Shown here piece after piece: positions 27,634 through 37,396 of a DNA stretch of 64,000 nt. Position 1 is the stretch's first letter. Every line of letters begins with the position of its first letter. This DNA comes from Alphaproteobacteria bacterium (lineage in GTDB: Bacteria > Pseudomonadota > Alphaproteobacteria > UBA11073), in the NCBI GenBank assembly GCA_965246945.1, contig CBDFFW010000001.1:1142691-1206690 (forward strand). The letters run 5' to 3'. A program made the position numbers and the translations under genes. The notes beneath the pieces are model-generated. The model worked only from the letters and a program-made list of their open reading frames with translations, was not told where the DNA came from and searched no databases.

Positions 27634-29010
27634 ATGTTTCAAAAGATTCTGATCGCCAATCGCGGTGAAGTGGCCTTGCGGATTCACCGCGCTTGCCGTG
27701 AATTAGGGATTAAAACCGTGGCGGTGCATTCCACGGCCGATGCCAACGCCATGCATGTGCGGCTGGCTGATGAAAGCGTGTGCATTGGCCCGCCAGCTTC
27801 GAAAGAATCCTACCTGAATATGGCCGCGCTAATTTCGGCGGCCGAAATTACCGGCGCGGATGCCATTCACCCAGGCATCGGATTTTTATCTGAAAATGCC
27901 AAATTCGCGGAAATGGTGGAAGAACATGGGCTGATTTTTATCGGTCCAACGCCAGAACATATTCGTCTGATGGGCGATAAAGCGGTGGCCAAGAAAACCG
28001 TTTCGGGTTTGGGTCTGCCGGTTATTCAAGGTTCGGAAGGCGTGGTCGCTTCAGTGGAAGAGGCCAAACAGATTGCGGCCAAAGCCGGTTATCCGGTGCT
28101 GTTGAAAGCCAAAGCGGGCGGCGGCGGCAAGGGCATGAAAGCGGTGATGCAAGAATCCGAAATGGCAGAGGCTTTCAGCCTAGCCAGCGGCGAAGCCAAA
28201 GCCGCATTCGGCGATGGCGATTTGTATATGGAGCAATATCTGGTCAACCCGCGCCATATTGAAATTCAATTGCTCGGCGATATGCATGGCAATGTGGTGC
28301 ATTTTGGAGAACGCGATTGTTCTATCCAGCGCCGTCACCAAAAGGTGATTGAAGAGGGGCCATCGCCCATTTTATCACCGGAAGAACGGCAAAAGGTCGG
28401 GCAGCTTGCTGCCCGTACTGCTAAATTAATGGGTTATCGCGGCCTCGGCACAATCGAATTTCTATATGAAAACGGCCAGTTTTATTTCATGGAAATGAAC
28501 ACGCGGTTGCAGATTGAACATCCGGTCACCGAAATGATTACGGGCGTGGATTTGGTGCGCGAGCAGATTAAGGTCGCCGCCGGCATGCCGCTGCCATTTA
28601 AACAGGAAGATATTAAAATTAGCGGCCATGCGATTGAATGCCGGTTGAATGCGGAAGACCCAGAAACCTTTATGCCAAGCCCTGGCAAAATTACCGATCT
28701 ACATGCGCCAGGCGGGTTAGGCGTCCGGTTTGATAGCGCCGTTTATGCCGGTTACACTGTGCCACCTTATTATGATTCGATGATTGCCAAACTAATTGTG
28801 CATGGCAGCAACCGTGTGGATTGCATGTTACGCCTCAAACGCGCCTTGGAAGAAACCGTGATTGACGGCGTGAAAACCACGTTGCCGCTGCACCTGCAAA
28901 TCTTGCAAGACCAGGATTTTATCGATGGTGATTACACGATTAAATGGTTGGAAGCATGGCTAGAAAAACGGCAACATTTAGCAGTCGCGACAAAAGAAGA
29001 AGCGGCTTAG
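27634..29010 (+). CDS. accC: Acetyl-CoA carboxylase biotin carboxylase subunit
   Basis: 458 aa with [14 protein letters not shown], an ATP-grasp GGGGKGM loop, [15 protein letters not shown] and [10 protein letters not shown]. Confidence 0.96.
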   Translation: MFQKILIANRGEVALRIHRACRELGIKTVAVHSTADANAMHVRLADESVCIGPPASKESYLNMAALISAAEITGADAIHPGIGFLSENAKFAEMVEEHGLIFIGPTPEHIRLMGDKAVAKKTVSGLGLPVIQGSEGVVASVEEAKQIAAKAGYPVLLKAKAGGGGKGMKAVMQESEMAEAFSLASGEAKAAFGDGDLYMEQYLVNPRHIEIQLLGDMHGNVVHFGERDCSIQRRHQKVIEEGPSPILSPEERQKVGQLAARTAKLMGYRGLGTIEFLYENGQFYFMEMNTRLQIEHPVTEMITGVDLVREQIKVAAGMPLPFKQEDIKISGHAIECRLNAEDPETFMPSPGKITDLHAPGGLGVRFDSAVYAGYTVPPYYDSMIAKLIVHGSNRVDCMLRLKRALEETVIDGVKTTLPLHLQILQDQDFIDGDYTIKWLEAWLEKRQHLAVATKEEAA

Positions 29011-29015
29011 CATTG

Positions 29016-29056
29016 TCCTTATTCTGAGGAGCCAAATAGTGGCGTCTCGAAGAATG
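29016..29056. repeat. Half copy of the family B palindromic element
   Basis: TCCTTATTCTGAGGAGCCAAATAGTGGCGTCTCGAAGAATG parallels the left arm of the ileS copy (CCTCATCCTGAGGAGCGTTTGCAGAACGCGTCTCGAAGGATA). Confidence 0.5.
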
Positions 29057-29062
29057 CGGTTT

Positions 29063-29320
29063 TTAATCTTCGTAAATATCTTTACGATGTTTAATGGCAA
29101 TGATGATTACTTGCTCGCCATCAATCCGGAATACGATGCGGTAATCACCCACGCGTAAACGCCGATGGCCTTTTAAGCTGTATTGGAGTGGTTTGCCAAA
29201 ACCGATGGGGTCGGTGGTTAAACGTTCTTCAACTGCGCGTTTGATGCGTGTTCGCATCGTTTTAGGTAACGCTGGAATATCGTGATTAATTACAGCTTTC
29301 AGATAAGCGATTTTATACAT
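29063..29320 (-). CDS. RelE/ParE-family type II toxin
   Basis: MYKIAY...LPKTMRTRIKRAVEERL..DP...GKPL...LKGHRRLRVGDYRIVFRIDGEQVIIIAIKHRKDIY is the RelE/StbE pattern. The ATG shares 1 nt with the antitoxin stop (TAATG). Confidence 0.82.
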   Translation of the reverse strand: MYKIAYLKAVINHDIPALPKTMRTRIKRAVEERLTTDPIGFGKPLQYSLKGHRRLRVGDYRIVFRIDGEQVIIIAIKHRKDIYED

Positions 29321-29547
29321 TATTTCCAAGCATCAGCATGGCTGATATGCTTTGCATTCGGTTGATCTCGTTTATCCGCTAGTTTACTTAACGCCATATC
29401 TTCACGCCGTTCGAGCGCTTCAAACACCAATTCTTTAGCCAAGCCAGCCACTGTTTTTTGTTCCAGCGCTGCCAAATTTGCCAGCTGCGCCACAGAAGCA
29501 GCATCAAAAGTGAGGCCAATGCGGCGATATTCGGAATTATCTAACAT
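29320..29547 (-). CDS. Cognate antitoxin (ribbon-helix-helix/RelB-like, putative)
   Basis: 75-aa ORF immediately upstream of and coupled to the toxin, with an N-terminal beta-strand/helix pattern RIGLTFDAASVAQLANLAALEQKTVAGLAKELV. Confidence 0.7.
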   Translation of the reverse strand: MLDNSEYRRIGLTFDAASVAQLANLAALEQKTVAGLAKELVFEALERREDMALSKLADKRDQPNAKHISHADAWK

Positions 29548-29581
29548 TGTATAAGAGTAACAAAATTGTTACTCTTATACA
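29548..29581. promoter_or_regulatory. Perfect 34-bp palindrome (16-bp arms, 2-nt centre) abutting the antitoxin start; candidate TA operator
   Basis: TGTATAAGAGTAACAA-AA-TTGTTACTCTTATACA can be read directly. It begins at the nucleotide next to the ATG. Confidence 0.5.
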
Positions 29582-29590
29582 AGTGACAAA

Positions 29591-29899
29591 CTAAGCAGCT
29601 TCAGCAGTAGGGGCAGCAATAGAAAAATTCTGCTCTGCGGCTGGTTTTGGCTCGGCAAAAGTTAAAGATGCAGCGGAGGCAGCCAATGACATTGTGGCAG
29701 CATTGACAATCTGACGACCACCCAAGAATTCTTCGCTACCTTTGCTAAGTTGAATAGGGTTAACGCAAAATTGAGGTGCCAATGAATCTGCATCGGCAAT
29801 AAATTTGGTTGGCTTCTGTACCCAAGTTACAGTTGCAAAATGTGCTGGTGGTGGCTGAATAAACATTGCTAAATCCTTAATGATGACTTTCTTGAACAC
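29591..29899 (-). CDS. Hypothetical protein
   Basis: 102-aa ORF (alternative start MFIQPPP) with no recognised motif and an Ala-rich C-terminus. Confidence 0.4.
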   Translation of the reverse strand: MFKKVIIKDLAMFIQPPPAHFATVTWVQKPTKFIADADSLAPQFCVNPIQLSKGSEEFLGGRQIVNAATMSLAASAASLTFAEPKPAAEQNFSIAAPTAEAA

Positions 29900-29964
29900 A
29901 TTTTCATCAAAATTCGGCCCTTATTGCAATAGTTACATATAATTTTTGTGTAAATTACTTGGAT

Positions 29965-31419
29965 TTAACCTTTTAACAGCTCTTGCAGCACGTCATTCAC
30001 TATAGTTGGGTTGGCGGTGCCGCCAGTGGCTTTCATCATTTGGCCGACGAAAAAACCAAAGAGCTTGTCTTTACCGCTACGGAATTCGGTCACTTTATCC
30101 ATATTGGCATCAATGATTTTTTGCGCGGCGGCGCGGATTGCGGCTGGATCGCTATTTTGTTTAAGGCCTTTGCTTTCGACAATGGCTATTGCACCCTTGC
30201 CACTAGTCAGCATTTCGGCAAAAACATCTTTTGCAATTTTACCGCTGATGGTGCCATCGCCCATTAAATCTAGCAATTCACCAAAAGCGGCGGGGGTGAT
30301 GGGGGAGGCGGACAGTGCCGTGCCGATTTTGTTCAAGGCGCCGAGCAATTCGGTGATCAACCAATTGGCCGCCTGTTTGGCATCCCGCTTATTGTTCATC
30401 AGTGCATCGAAATAAATCGCGCGTTCCGGTTCCGCCACCAGCACATCGGCATCATATGCGGAGAGGCCAAGGGCTATATAACGCGCTTTTTTTGCATCCG
30501 GCAATTCCGGCAAATCGGCTTTGATTTTTGCGATGAATGCATCTTCCAAAACTAGTGGCAGCAAATCGGGATCGGGGAAGTAACGGTAATCATGCGCTTC
30601 TTCCTTGCTGCGCAGTGAACGGGTTTCGCCTTTCACCGCATCAAACAAACGGGTTTCCTGCACCACGGTACCGCCGTCTTCAATCAGCTCAATCTGGCGT
30701 TCTACTTCATAGGCAATTGCCTGGCCCATGAAACGGACCGAATTAACATTTTTCACTTCGCAGCGTGTGCCAAGTGCACCGCCTAGTTTGCGCACGGAAA
30801 CGTTGATATCGCAGCGCATGCTACCTTCTTCCATATTACCGTCACAGGTACCAAGGTACAAAAGAATATTACGCAGCTTTTTGACATAAGCGGCGGCTTC
30901 GTCAGCGCTACGCATATCAGGCTTGGAGACAATTTCCATCAGCGCAACACCGGAGCGGTTGAGATCGACAAAGGTTTTGCTGGGATGCTGATCGTGCAAC
31001 GATTTACCGGCGTCTTGCTCCAGATGCAAACGTTCGATCCCAATATCTTTATTGCTGCCATCCGGCAGATCGATATTCAAAATGCCCTCGCCAACAATCG
31101 GATGTTGGAATTGCGAGATTTGATAACCTTGCGGTAGATCGGGATAAAAATAATTTTTGCGTTCAAATACCGAACGTTTGTTGATTTTGGCATTGAGGCC
31201 CAGGCCGGTTTTCACCGCCTGCGCCACACAATATTCATTCAATACCGGCAGCATGCCAGGCATCGCCGCATCGACCAGTGACACATTTTCATTGGGGGTA
31301 GCGCCGTAAGTGGCAGGTGCACCGGAAAACAATTTGGAATTGGCAATCACCTGGGCATGCACTTCCAGCCCAATCACAATTTCCCATTCACCCGTCCGAC
31401 CTTGTGCCAATTGCGCCAT
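29965..31419 (-). CDS. gatB: Asp/Glu-tRNA amidotransferase subunit B
   Basis: Contains [36 protein letters not shown] and a C-terminal YqeY-like domain. The true start is [13 protein letters not shown] at 31419. The 53 upstream codons of the ORF are an AT-rich Phe/Leu artefact. Confidence 0.95.
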   Translation of the reverse strand: MAQLAQGRTGEWEIVIGLEVHAQVIANSKLFSGAPATYGATPNENVSLVDAAMPGMLPVLNEYCVAQAVKTGLGLNAKINKRSVFERKNYFYPDLPQGYQISQFQHPIVGEGILNIDLPDGSNKDIGIERLHLEQDAGKSLHDQHPSKTFVDLNRSGVALMEIVSKPDMRSADEAAAYVKKLRNILLYLGTCDGNMEEGSMRCDINVSVRKLGGALGTRCEVKNVNSVRFMGQAIAYEVERQIELIEDGGTVVQETRLFDAVKGETRSLRSKEEAHDYRYFPDPDLLPLVLEDAFIAKIKADLPELPDAKKARYIALGLSAYDADVLVAEPERAIYFDALMNNKRDAKQAANWLITELLGALNKIGTALSASPITPAAFGELLDLMGDGTISGKIAKDVFAEMLTSGKGAIAIVESKGLKQNSDPAAIRAAAQKIIDANMDKVTEFRSGKDKLFGFFVGQMMKATGGTANPTIVNDVLQELLKG

Positions 31420-31528
31420 AATATCTTTGTAATCACAAAAAAATAATCTGCCAAGCGTTGAAAAGCTGAAAAAAATTGTGTTATGTGTACTTTCAAGTAT
31501 TAAAATAAAATTATTAAAGAGGAAGACA

Positions 31529-31769
31529 ATGAAAAAAAAATCTAAATAATATAAGAAGAAGAGATAAAAATTTTTCACAACGTGAAGCGAAAACTCATAT
31601 TATTCGTTGTGATTTTGTACAAAAAGTTGCAATTGGAGAAAAAGATAAAGCTACAGCGATCAAAGTCTTGCGTGATCATGGTCTTACAAGGCAGCAAGCT
31701 AGACAGCTTTTAAAAGCACAAGGTGCAGTTAATAAAATTTATAACACAAATTACCAATTAGGAATATAG
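31529..31769 (+). pseudogene. Small ORF (about 79 codons) interrupted by a frameshift in an A9 tract right after its start codon
   Basis: AAGAGGAAG Shine-Dalgarno, then ATG at 31529, then A9. As written the frame stops after 6 codons. Removing one A gives [79 protein letters not shown] with a stop at 31767-31769. Confidence 0.4.
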
Positions 31770-31802
31770 CATAAAATATGATGCAATCTTTGTTACTGAA
31801 GT

Positions 31803-32475
31803 CTACCAATATAGCCCCCCATCGATATTTAAAACAGTGCCAGTGATGTAGCTAGCTTCCGCGCTAGAAAGGCAACCGCTTGGGCCACTTCTGCAGCAGT
31901 GCCGAGGCGGTGCATGGCGATACCGGCCATGTAACCTGCCATCCGTTCGGCTGGAATGCGCGCGGCCATATCGGTCCAGGTGCGACGGCGTTGACGCGGA
32001 TGTTATGCGGGGCAAGGGCCTTGGCCAGGCTTTTGGTCATCGCCAGCACCGCGCCTTTTGATGCGCCGTAAGCGATATCATGTGAACCGTTTTGGCCAGT
32101 CACCGAGCTCATATTTACGATACTGCCAGGCAGTTGTTGGGCAATCAACGCTTTGGCAAATAATTGGCTCAGCAAAAATTGAGCGCGGGTGTTAACCGCG
32201 ATGGTTTGATCAAAATCAGCCGCCGTTAATTGATCCCACGCTTTAACCAGATAGATACCAGCGTTATTCACCAAAATTTGCGGCGGGCCGAATTGTTACA
32301 ACACTTCGGCAAACGCTGCCGTGATTTGATTAGGATCGGCTAAATCACAGGCAATGGTTTCGTGATCACTGCTATTCAGATCAATCCCTATAATCTGATG
32401 GCCGGCCGCGGTTAAAGTCTGCTTAATCGCCAAACCAATGCCGCGGGCGGTGCCAGTAACCAATGCGAGTGTCAT
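31803..32475 (-). pseudogene. Inactivated short-chain dehydrogenase/reductase (FabG-like SDR)
   Basis: The N-terminus MTLALVTGTARGIGLAI... (ATG 32475) runs into an in-frame TAA near 32297. It then continues as VNNAGI...SSVTGQNGSHDIAYGASKGAV...RVNAVAPGPI. At least one frameshift is needed to reach the C-terminal ...ASYITGTVLNIDGGLYW, which lies in the separate ORF 31803..32015. Confidence 0.8.
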
Positions 32476-32514
32476 ATACGTTTTGCATAGCTTAGCAGCA
32501 ACAAAGTGCCAAGG

Positions 32515-33756
32515 CTATTGCAGCGCGGCGATCTGCTTGGACAGATGCGCCAAATCGATTGGCAGCAAACCCCAAGCACCTTTTTTCATGCCCGCCAAAA
32601 TAAGGGTAATTTGCTGGGCCGTGAATGGCAGTTGGCACAATGGCCCCAAGCATTGATCCCGCAACCAGGGCAGCACGGGGTTATGCGATTGAAAAAACGG
32701 GGTTAGCAAATGGCTGAGCAGTTGATAATACTGCGAGCTGCCGCGGCGCTGCTGATCATATTGTTGAATGGCTTTAGCCATATCACTTTGTTGCTGCAAA
32801 GCCTGCACCAAAGCGCTGACATCCAATAAGGCCATATTGGCCCCTTGCCCCAATTGCGGGCTGGTGCCATGTGCGGCATCGCCCAACCAAACTAGGCGGC
32901 CGTGATAGTAGCGCTTTAAAGCAGCGTGATTATAACGGGCATAGGTTAGTTGATGGTGCTGAGTAAACTGCTGCATAATTTCACCTGCCAATGGCCAACG
33001 CTTTGCCACTTGCTGATGCCATGCGCTTAAATGGGTCTGCTGCCAAATGGGATAGGCGGCAGGCGGCATGCTCCAGAAAAAGGCAATTTCGGTGGTGCCA
33101 TCGGCTTGGGGTTTACCGATAGGAAGCAAACCAATCATTTCACGCGCGGTATGATATTGCTGCCAAAGCGTATCGCTGGTTAGGCTGTTTGCAGGTAGTT
33201 GCGCGATACCCCAAATGGCGCCAAAGGGATATGGCTTGTTGCAAATGATTTGAGCATATTGGCGCTGCAAAGTGGAATAACTGCCACTGGCATCAATCAC
33301 CAAATCAAACGGGCCATATGTCTGATCATTTTGATCATAAAGATGAATGGTGGATGCCTGTAGATCACTTGCCCTTGTAATTTTGCAATCGGTTACCAGC
33401 GTTTTCAAATAAGGTGCGGCCTTGGTTAATAATGCCGCAAACAAGCGGCCGCGATGGGTGCCCAGGCCGGTGATATGCGGATAGCCCAAACGCGCATATT
33501 GTAAGTCTAAAATAATGCCGCCGGTTTTAACATTGATGCCTAGCAACCGGTGAATAACGGCGCTTTCAGAATAAATCTTTTCCAATAAACCGAGCTCCGC
33601 CAGCACCCCTAAACCGGTAGGTTGTAACAATAAACCAGCACCTTTAGGCCCAAGTGTTTGGGCTTGTTCGAATAAAGTGATTTCCGCACCTTGCCGACCA
33701 AGCAGGGTGGTGGCCGCCAAGCCGCCGATCCCCGCGCCGATAATAGCAATCCGCAT
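32515..33756 (-). CDS. FAD-dependent monooxygenase (UbiH/salicylate-hydroxylase-like class A flavoprotein)
   Basis: Contains MRIAIIGAGIGGLAA (GxGxxG), DLVIDASGSYS and GDAAHGTSPQLGQGANMALLD. The start at 33756 avoids overlap with the ileS stop at 33765. Confidence 0.85.
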   Translation of the reverse strand: MRIAIIGAGIGGLAATTLLGRQGAEITLFEQAQTLGPKGAGLLLQPTGLGVLAELGLLEKIYSESAVIHRLLGINVKTGGIILDLQYARLGYPHITGLGTHRGRLFAALLTKAAPYLKTLVTDCKITRASDLQASTIHLYDQNDQTYGPFDLVIDASGSYSTLQRQYAQIICNKPYPFGAIWGIAQLPANSLTSDTLWQQYHTAREMIGLLPIGKPQADGTTEIAFFWSMPPAAYPIWQQTHLSAWHQQVAKRWPLAGEIMQQFTQHHQLTYARYNHAALKRYYHGRLVWLGDAAHGTSPQLGQGANMALLDVSALVQALQQQSDMAKAIQQYDQQRRGSSQYYQLLSHLLTPFFQSHNPVLPWLRDQCLGPLCQLPFTAQQITLILAGMKKGAWGLLPIDLAHLSKQIAALQ

Positions 33757-33764
33757 CGCTTTAT

Positions 33765-36700
33765 TTATGCAGCCGTTGTCACTTGCCCAACCACACTTGC
33801 GCAGCGCTGGCACAAGCAATCAGTGACTTCGGGCAAAACCTTCCAACAGCGTTCGCATTTATTGCCTTCTGTCACTTTAGTAACATCTGTTTGCCACTGT
33901 CCAATATCGCTTGTGTAATTATCCAAAATGTCTAGTTGCGATATAATACAAATGTCTTTAAACTCAAATTTCTGCAAAATAGCCTTTTCATTTGAGGATT
34001 TTACGTGAACTGCAACTTTCAGCTCTAATGAAGAGCCGATTAATTTTTGTGCTCTCATTTGCTCGGCATTTTGTGTCACGCTACTTCTTATGTTTTTGAC
34101 AAATTCCCATTCATCGGCGAGCGCTTGGTTTTGCCAAGCAGTCGACAGCGTAGGCAATAAACGCAGATGCACGGATTGTACAGTGCTTTTATGCGGGTAT
34201 TGCTGCCAGGCTTCTTCGGCGGTGAAGCAGATGAAGGGGGCGAGCCAGGCGGTGAGACATTCGAAAACCTGGATCATCACAGCTTGCGTGGCGATGCGCG
34301 CAGGATCATCAGCGGCATCACAATATAAGCGGTCTTTGCGGATATCGAAAAACAGGGCGGAAAGGTCTTGAGCACAGAAGTCATGCAGGTCTTTTAACAA
34401 TGCATTAAGCTGATTTAATTTAGCAGGATCGCCGACCGTATTGTGCACGGCTTCGCCGAGTTCATAAAGGCGATGTAATACCCATTGTTCGAGTTGCGGC
34501 AGTTCAGCAATCGTTTTCGCATCGGTTAAATCCAATGCTTTGGCAGCTTCAGAGTTATACAAAGCACCGAGTAGATAGCGCAACGTGTTGCGCAAGCGGC
34601 GGTACAAATCGGCTTGTTGATTCAAGATTTCTTTGCTGATGCGGACATCTTCCTGGTAATCGGAATTGCACACCCACAGCCGCAAAATATCGGCGCCCGA
34701 TTGATCGGTCACCTGCTGCGGGGCGACGACATTGCCTAATGATTTGGACATTTTGCGACCTTGTTCATCCAGCACAAACCCGTGGGTTAATACGGCTTTA
34801 AATGGCGCGCGGCCGCGCGTGCCGCAGCTTTCCAGCAACGAAGATTGGAACCAGCCACGATGCTGGTCGGACCCTTCGAGATATAAATCGGCGGGCGATT
34901 GCAGTTCGGGGCGGTCTTCCAGCACAAAGGCATGCGTGGAACCCGATTCAAACCAAACATCAACGATATCGAAAATTTGCTCGTAATTTTCGGCTTGATA
35001 TTGGTCGCCTAAAAAATCTTGTGCGGGGCGAGCATACCAGGCATCGCTGCCTTCGGTTTTAAAAATTTCAACGATGCGGTTGCACACCGCTTCATCGCGC
35101 AGCGGCTGGCCGGTCTGCCGGTCGACAAAAATCGCAATCGGCACGCCCCAGGCGCGCTGGCGGCTGATACACCAATCCGGCCGGCTTTCCACCATTGCGC
35201 GAATACGGTTTTCACCCGCTGGCGGTACCCATTGGGTATTAGATATCGCTTGTAGAGCAACTTGTCGTAATGTTTTACCAACGGCCTCATCCTGAGGAGC
35301 GTTTGCAGAACGCGTCTCGAAGGATACTCCAGCTGAATCCCCAAGTTTAATATCCTTCGAGACGCCGCGCTGCGGCTCCTCAGGATGAGGTTGGGTGAAA
35401 GATATATCCATCGCAATGAACCATTGGGGCGTGGTGCGGAAAATTAGTGGCGCTTTGGAACGCCAGGAATGCGGGTAGGAGTGGCGCAACTGTCCGCGCG
35501 CAACGAGGTTTCCGGCTGCTTGCAATGCAGCCACTACGCGCTTATTGGCATCACCCTTTTTGCCATCGGGATTATAAACCCGTGCGCCTTCAAAGCCTGG
35601 GGCCTGGCTGGTGTAAACACCTTTGCCATCGACAGTTAGTGGGATTGGAAGGTCATGCTGCTTACCTAAATTAAAATCGTCCAAGCCATGCGATGGCGCG
35701 ATATGGACGAAGCCGGTCCCGGCATCATCAGTGACGAATTCAGCAGGGAGGAGTGGAACTTCAAATTGATAATTATTAACGTCATCCCAGCGAAAGCTGG
35801 GATCCAAGCCTGCTTCTAAGCTAGAATTTTGGTGCCGGTCTGAATTCCCGCTTTCGCGGGAATGACGCGGAGAGAGACCGCGCAATGGGTGAGAACAAAC
35901 TGTGCCAGCAAGCTCGCTACCTTTGAAGTCACTTTCCAACACCCAATCGGTAATTTGGGCGGCAGTTTTTACCTGCTCGCTTAATGCTTTGGCGACCGCA
36001 TAGCGTGTACCAGCTTTCACCATGCTGCCATCGGCCACGGCATTCACGCGGTATACGGCGTAATCAAAATCTTCACCATAAGCGATGGCGCGGTTGGCTG
36101 GCATGGTCCAGGGGGTGGTGGTCCAGATGATGATGGAAGCGCCTTGCAGGGCTGGCAAGTTACTTTTTGATACTGGGAACGCAACATGCACGGTATCGGA
36201 AGTCAGTTCGTGGTATTCAATTTCGGCATCGGCCAGGGCGGTTTGTTCGACGACCGACCACATGACCGAGCGTTCGCCGCGATACAGCAAGCCATTTAAC
36301 AAGAATTTGTGGATCTCGGCAGCGATGCGCGCTTCGGCGGGTAAAGTCATCGTTAGATAAGGCTTGGCCCAATTGCCGATAATGCCCAGGCGCTGAAATT
36401 CGGCGGATTGAATTTTAACCCATTCGGCGGCAAAGGCGCGGCATTCGGCGCGGAAATCGAGGATCGGTATATCGTCTTTATTCTGTTTTTTGGCGCGGTA
36501 TTTTTCTTCGATTTTCCATTCAATCGGTAGGCCATGGCAATCCCAACCCGGGACATAGGCAATGCGTTTGCCGAGCATGGCCTGCGCGCGGCTCACGACA
36601 TCTTTCAAAATTTTATTGGTCGCATGGCCGATATGGATATTGCCATTGGCATAGGGCGGGCCATCATGCAGCACATAGGTCGCGGCGGCGCGGTTACGAA

Positions 36701-36824
36701 ACTGCCCGGCCAGATCAATCTCCTGCCAGAACTTTAACCATTCCGGCTCCTTGTTCGGCAAATTTCCGCGCATGGGAAAGTCAGTCTGCGGCAGGATGAC
36801 CGTGTCTTTATAATCAGTTGTCAT
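33765..36824 (-). CDS. ileS: Isoleucine--tRNA ligase; carries two in-frame palindromic-element insertions
   Basis: 1019 aa with HIGH (PYANGNIHIGH), KMSKS (RKMSKSLGN), a CP1 editing region and a C-terminal zinc finger CERCW...CLCQRC. Confidence 0.96.
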   Translation of the reverse strand: MTTDYKDTVILPQTDFPMRGNLPNKEPEWLKFWQEIDLAGQFRNRAAATYVLHDGPPYANGNIHIGHATNKILKDVVSRAQAMLGKRIAYVPGWDCHGLPIEWKIEEKYRAKKQNKDDIPILDFRAECRAFAAEWVKIQSAEFQRLGIIGNWAKPYLTMTLPAEARIAAEIHKFLLNGLLYRGERSVMWSVVEQTALADAEIEYHELTSDTVHVAFPVSKSNLPALQGASIIIWTTTPWTMPANRAIAYGEDFDYAVYRVNAVADGSMVKAGTRYAVAKALSEQVKTAAQITDWVLESDFKGSELAGTVCSHPLRGLSPRHSRESGNSDRHQNSSLEAGLDPSFRWDDVNNYQFEVPLLPAEFVTDDAGTGFVHIAPSHGLDDFNLGKQHDLPIPLTVDGKGVYTSQAPGFEGARVYNPDGKKGDANKRVVAALQAAGNLVARGQLRHSYPHSWRSKAPLIFRTTPQWFIAMDISFTQPHPEEPQRGVSKDIKLGDSAGVSFETRSANAPQDEAVGKTLRQVALQAISNTQWVPPAGENRIRAMVESRPDWCISRQRAWGVPIAIFVDRQTGQPLRDEAVCNRIVEIFKTEGSDAWYARPAQDFLGDQYQAENYEQIFDIVDVWFESGSTHAFVLEDRPELQSPADLYLEGSDQHRGWFQSSLLESCGTRGRAPFKAVLTHGFVLDEQGRKMSKSLGNVVAPQQVTDQSGADILRLWVCNSDYQEDVRISKEILNQQADLYRRLRNTLRYLLGALYNSEAAKALDLTDAKTIAELPQLEQWVLHRLYELGEAVHNTVGDPAKLNQLNALLKDLHDFCAQDLSALFFDIRKDRLYCDAADDPARIATQAVMIQVFECLTAWLAPFICFTAEEAWQQYPHKSTVQSVHLRLLPTLSTAWQNQALADEWEFVKNIRSSVTQNAEQMRAQKLIGSSLELKVAVHVKSSNEKAILQKFEFKDICIISQLDILDNYTSDIGQWQTDVTKVTEGNKCERCWKVLPEVTDCLCQRCASVVGQVTTAA
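35285..35390. repeat. Family B palindromic element in frame inside ileS
   Basis: CCTCATCCTGAGGAGC...GCTCCTCAGGATGAGG with an inner GTCTCGAAGGATA/TATCCTTCGAGAC pair. The translated insert is ...PHPEEPQRGVSKDIKLGDSAGVSFETRSANAPQDEA... Confidence 0.8.
35781..35866. repeat. Family C palindromic element in frame inside ileS
   Basis: GTCATCCCAGCGAAAGCTGGGATCC ... GAATTCCCGCTTTCGCGGGAATGAC. The translated insert ...SPRHSRESGNSDRHQNSSLEAGLDPSFRWDD... shares AGLDPS(F/L)(R/H)WDD with the folC insert. Confidence 0.8.
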
Positions 36825-36976
36825 TTGGCAACCATTCCACCGCGATTAATGGGGAAGATCAAGTAATTCAGGAATTAGCCCAAGTTATCAATGGCTAACC
36901 ATCTTATATTAAATTTGTTTGATTTAACTTAATTGCAAATGGTATAAAGCTATTCGATTATGCATAGGAGAAAAAC

Positions 36977-37384
36977 ATGGATGTTCAAAAAGATACCTTA
37001 TTAGAAATGCAACTAGCGGTAAAAGCCGGTAATGCTTTCTTTGTCATTAACCCAGCCCGTACTGTTTTGATTGGTGACATTACTGAAGCTGAGATTAAAA
37101 ACCATGCGGCACCGCTTAGCCCATTAGGGCCGGTAACGGCTGCAGTTTTAACGGCGCTTAATCCAAATGTTGTTTATGTAACTGGCCGCGATCCCAATAA
37201 AGGGAATGGCGATGGAAAATCTTTGGAAGATATGTTAGGGCCAGAAGGTGCCAATTCACCGCGTGTGGCTTGTAATGGTTCGACAATTGGTTTACCAGAT
37301 GCCAATGGTAAAATTGTTGACGTTGTTGAAGGGCCAGCAATGCCGGTTGAACAAGTAGAAGCTTTTGAAGCGCTTGCCAGCTAA
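36977..37384 (+). CDS. Orphan hypothetical protein (first of a two-gene cassette)
   Basis: 135-aa ORF with an AGGAGA Shine-Dalgarno upstream, no signal peptide and no recognised motif. Confidence 0.55.
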   Translation: MDVQKDTLLEMQLAVKAGNAFFVINPARTVLIGDITEAEIKNHAAPLSPLGPVTAAVLTALNPNVVYVTGRDPNKGNGDGKSLEDMLGPEGANSPRVACNGSTIGLPDANGKIVDVVEGPAMPVEQVEAFEALAS

Positions 37385-37396
37385 CATAAAGGTGTT

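Noticed and set aside
31420-31578. 53-codon N-terminal extension of the gatB ORF ([19 protein letters not shown]...)
   Set aside because: It is AT-rich intergenic DNA read as a Phe/Leu/Ile string. GatB homology begins at [13 protein letters not shown] (ATG 31419).
32438-32706. 72-aa and 66-aa plus-strand ORFs
   Set aside because: They overlap the 3' end of the monooxygenase gene and the SDR pseudogene promoter region in antisense, with no supporting signal.
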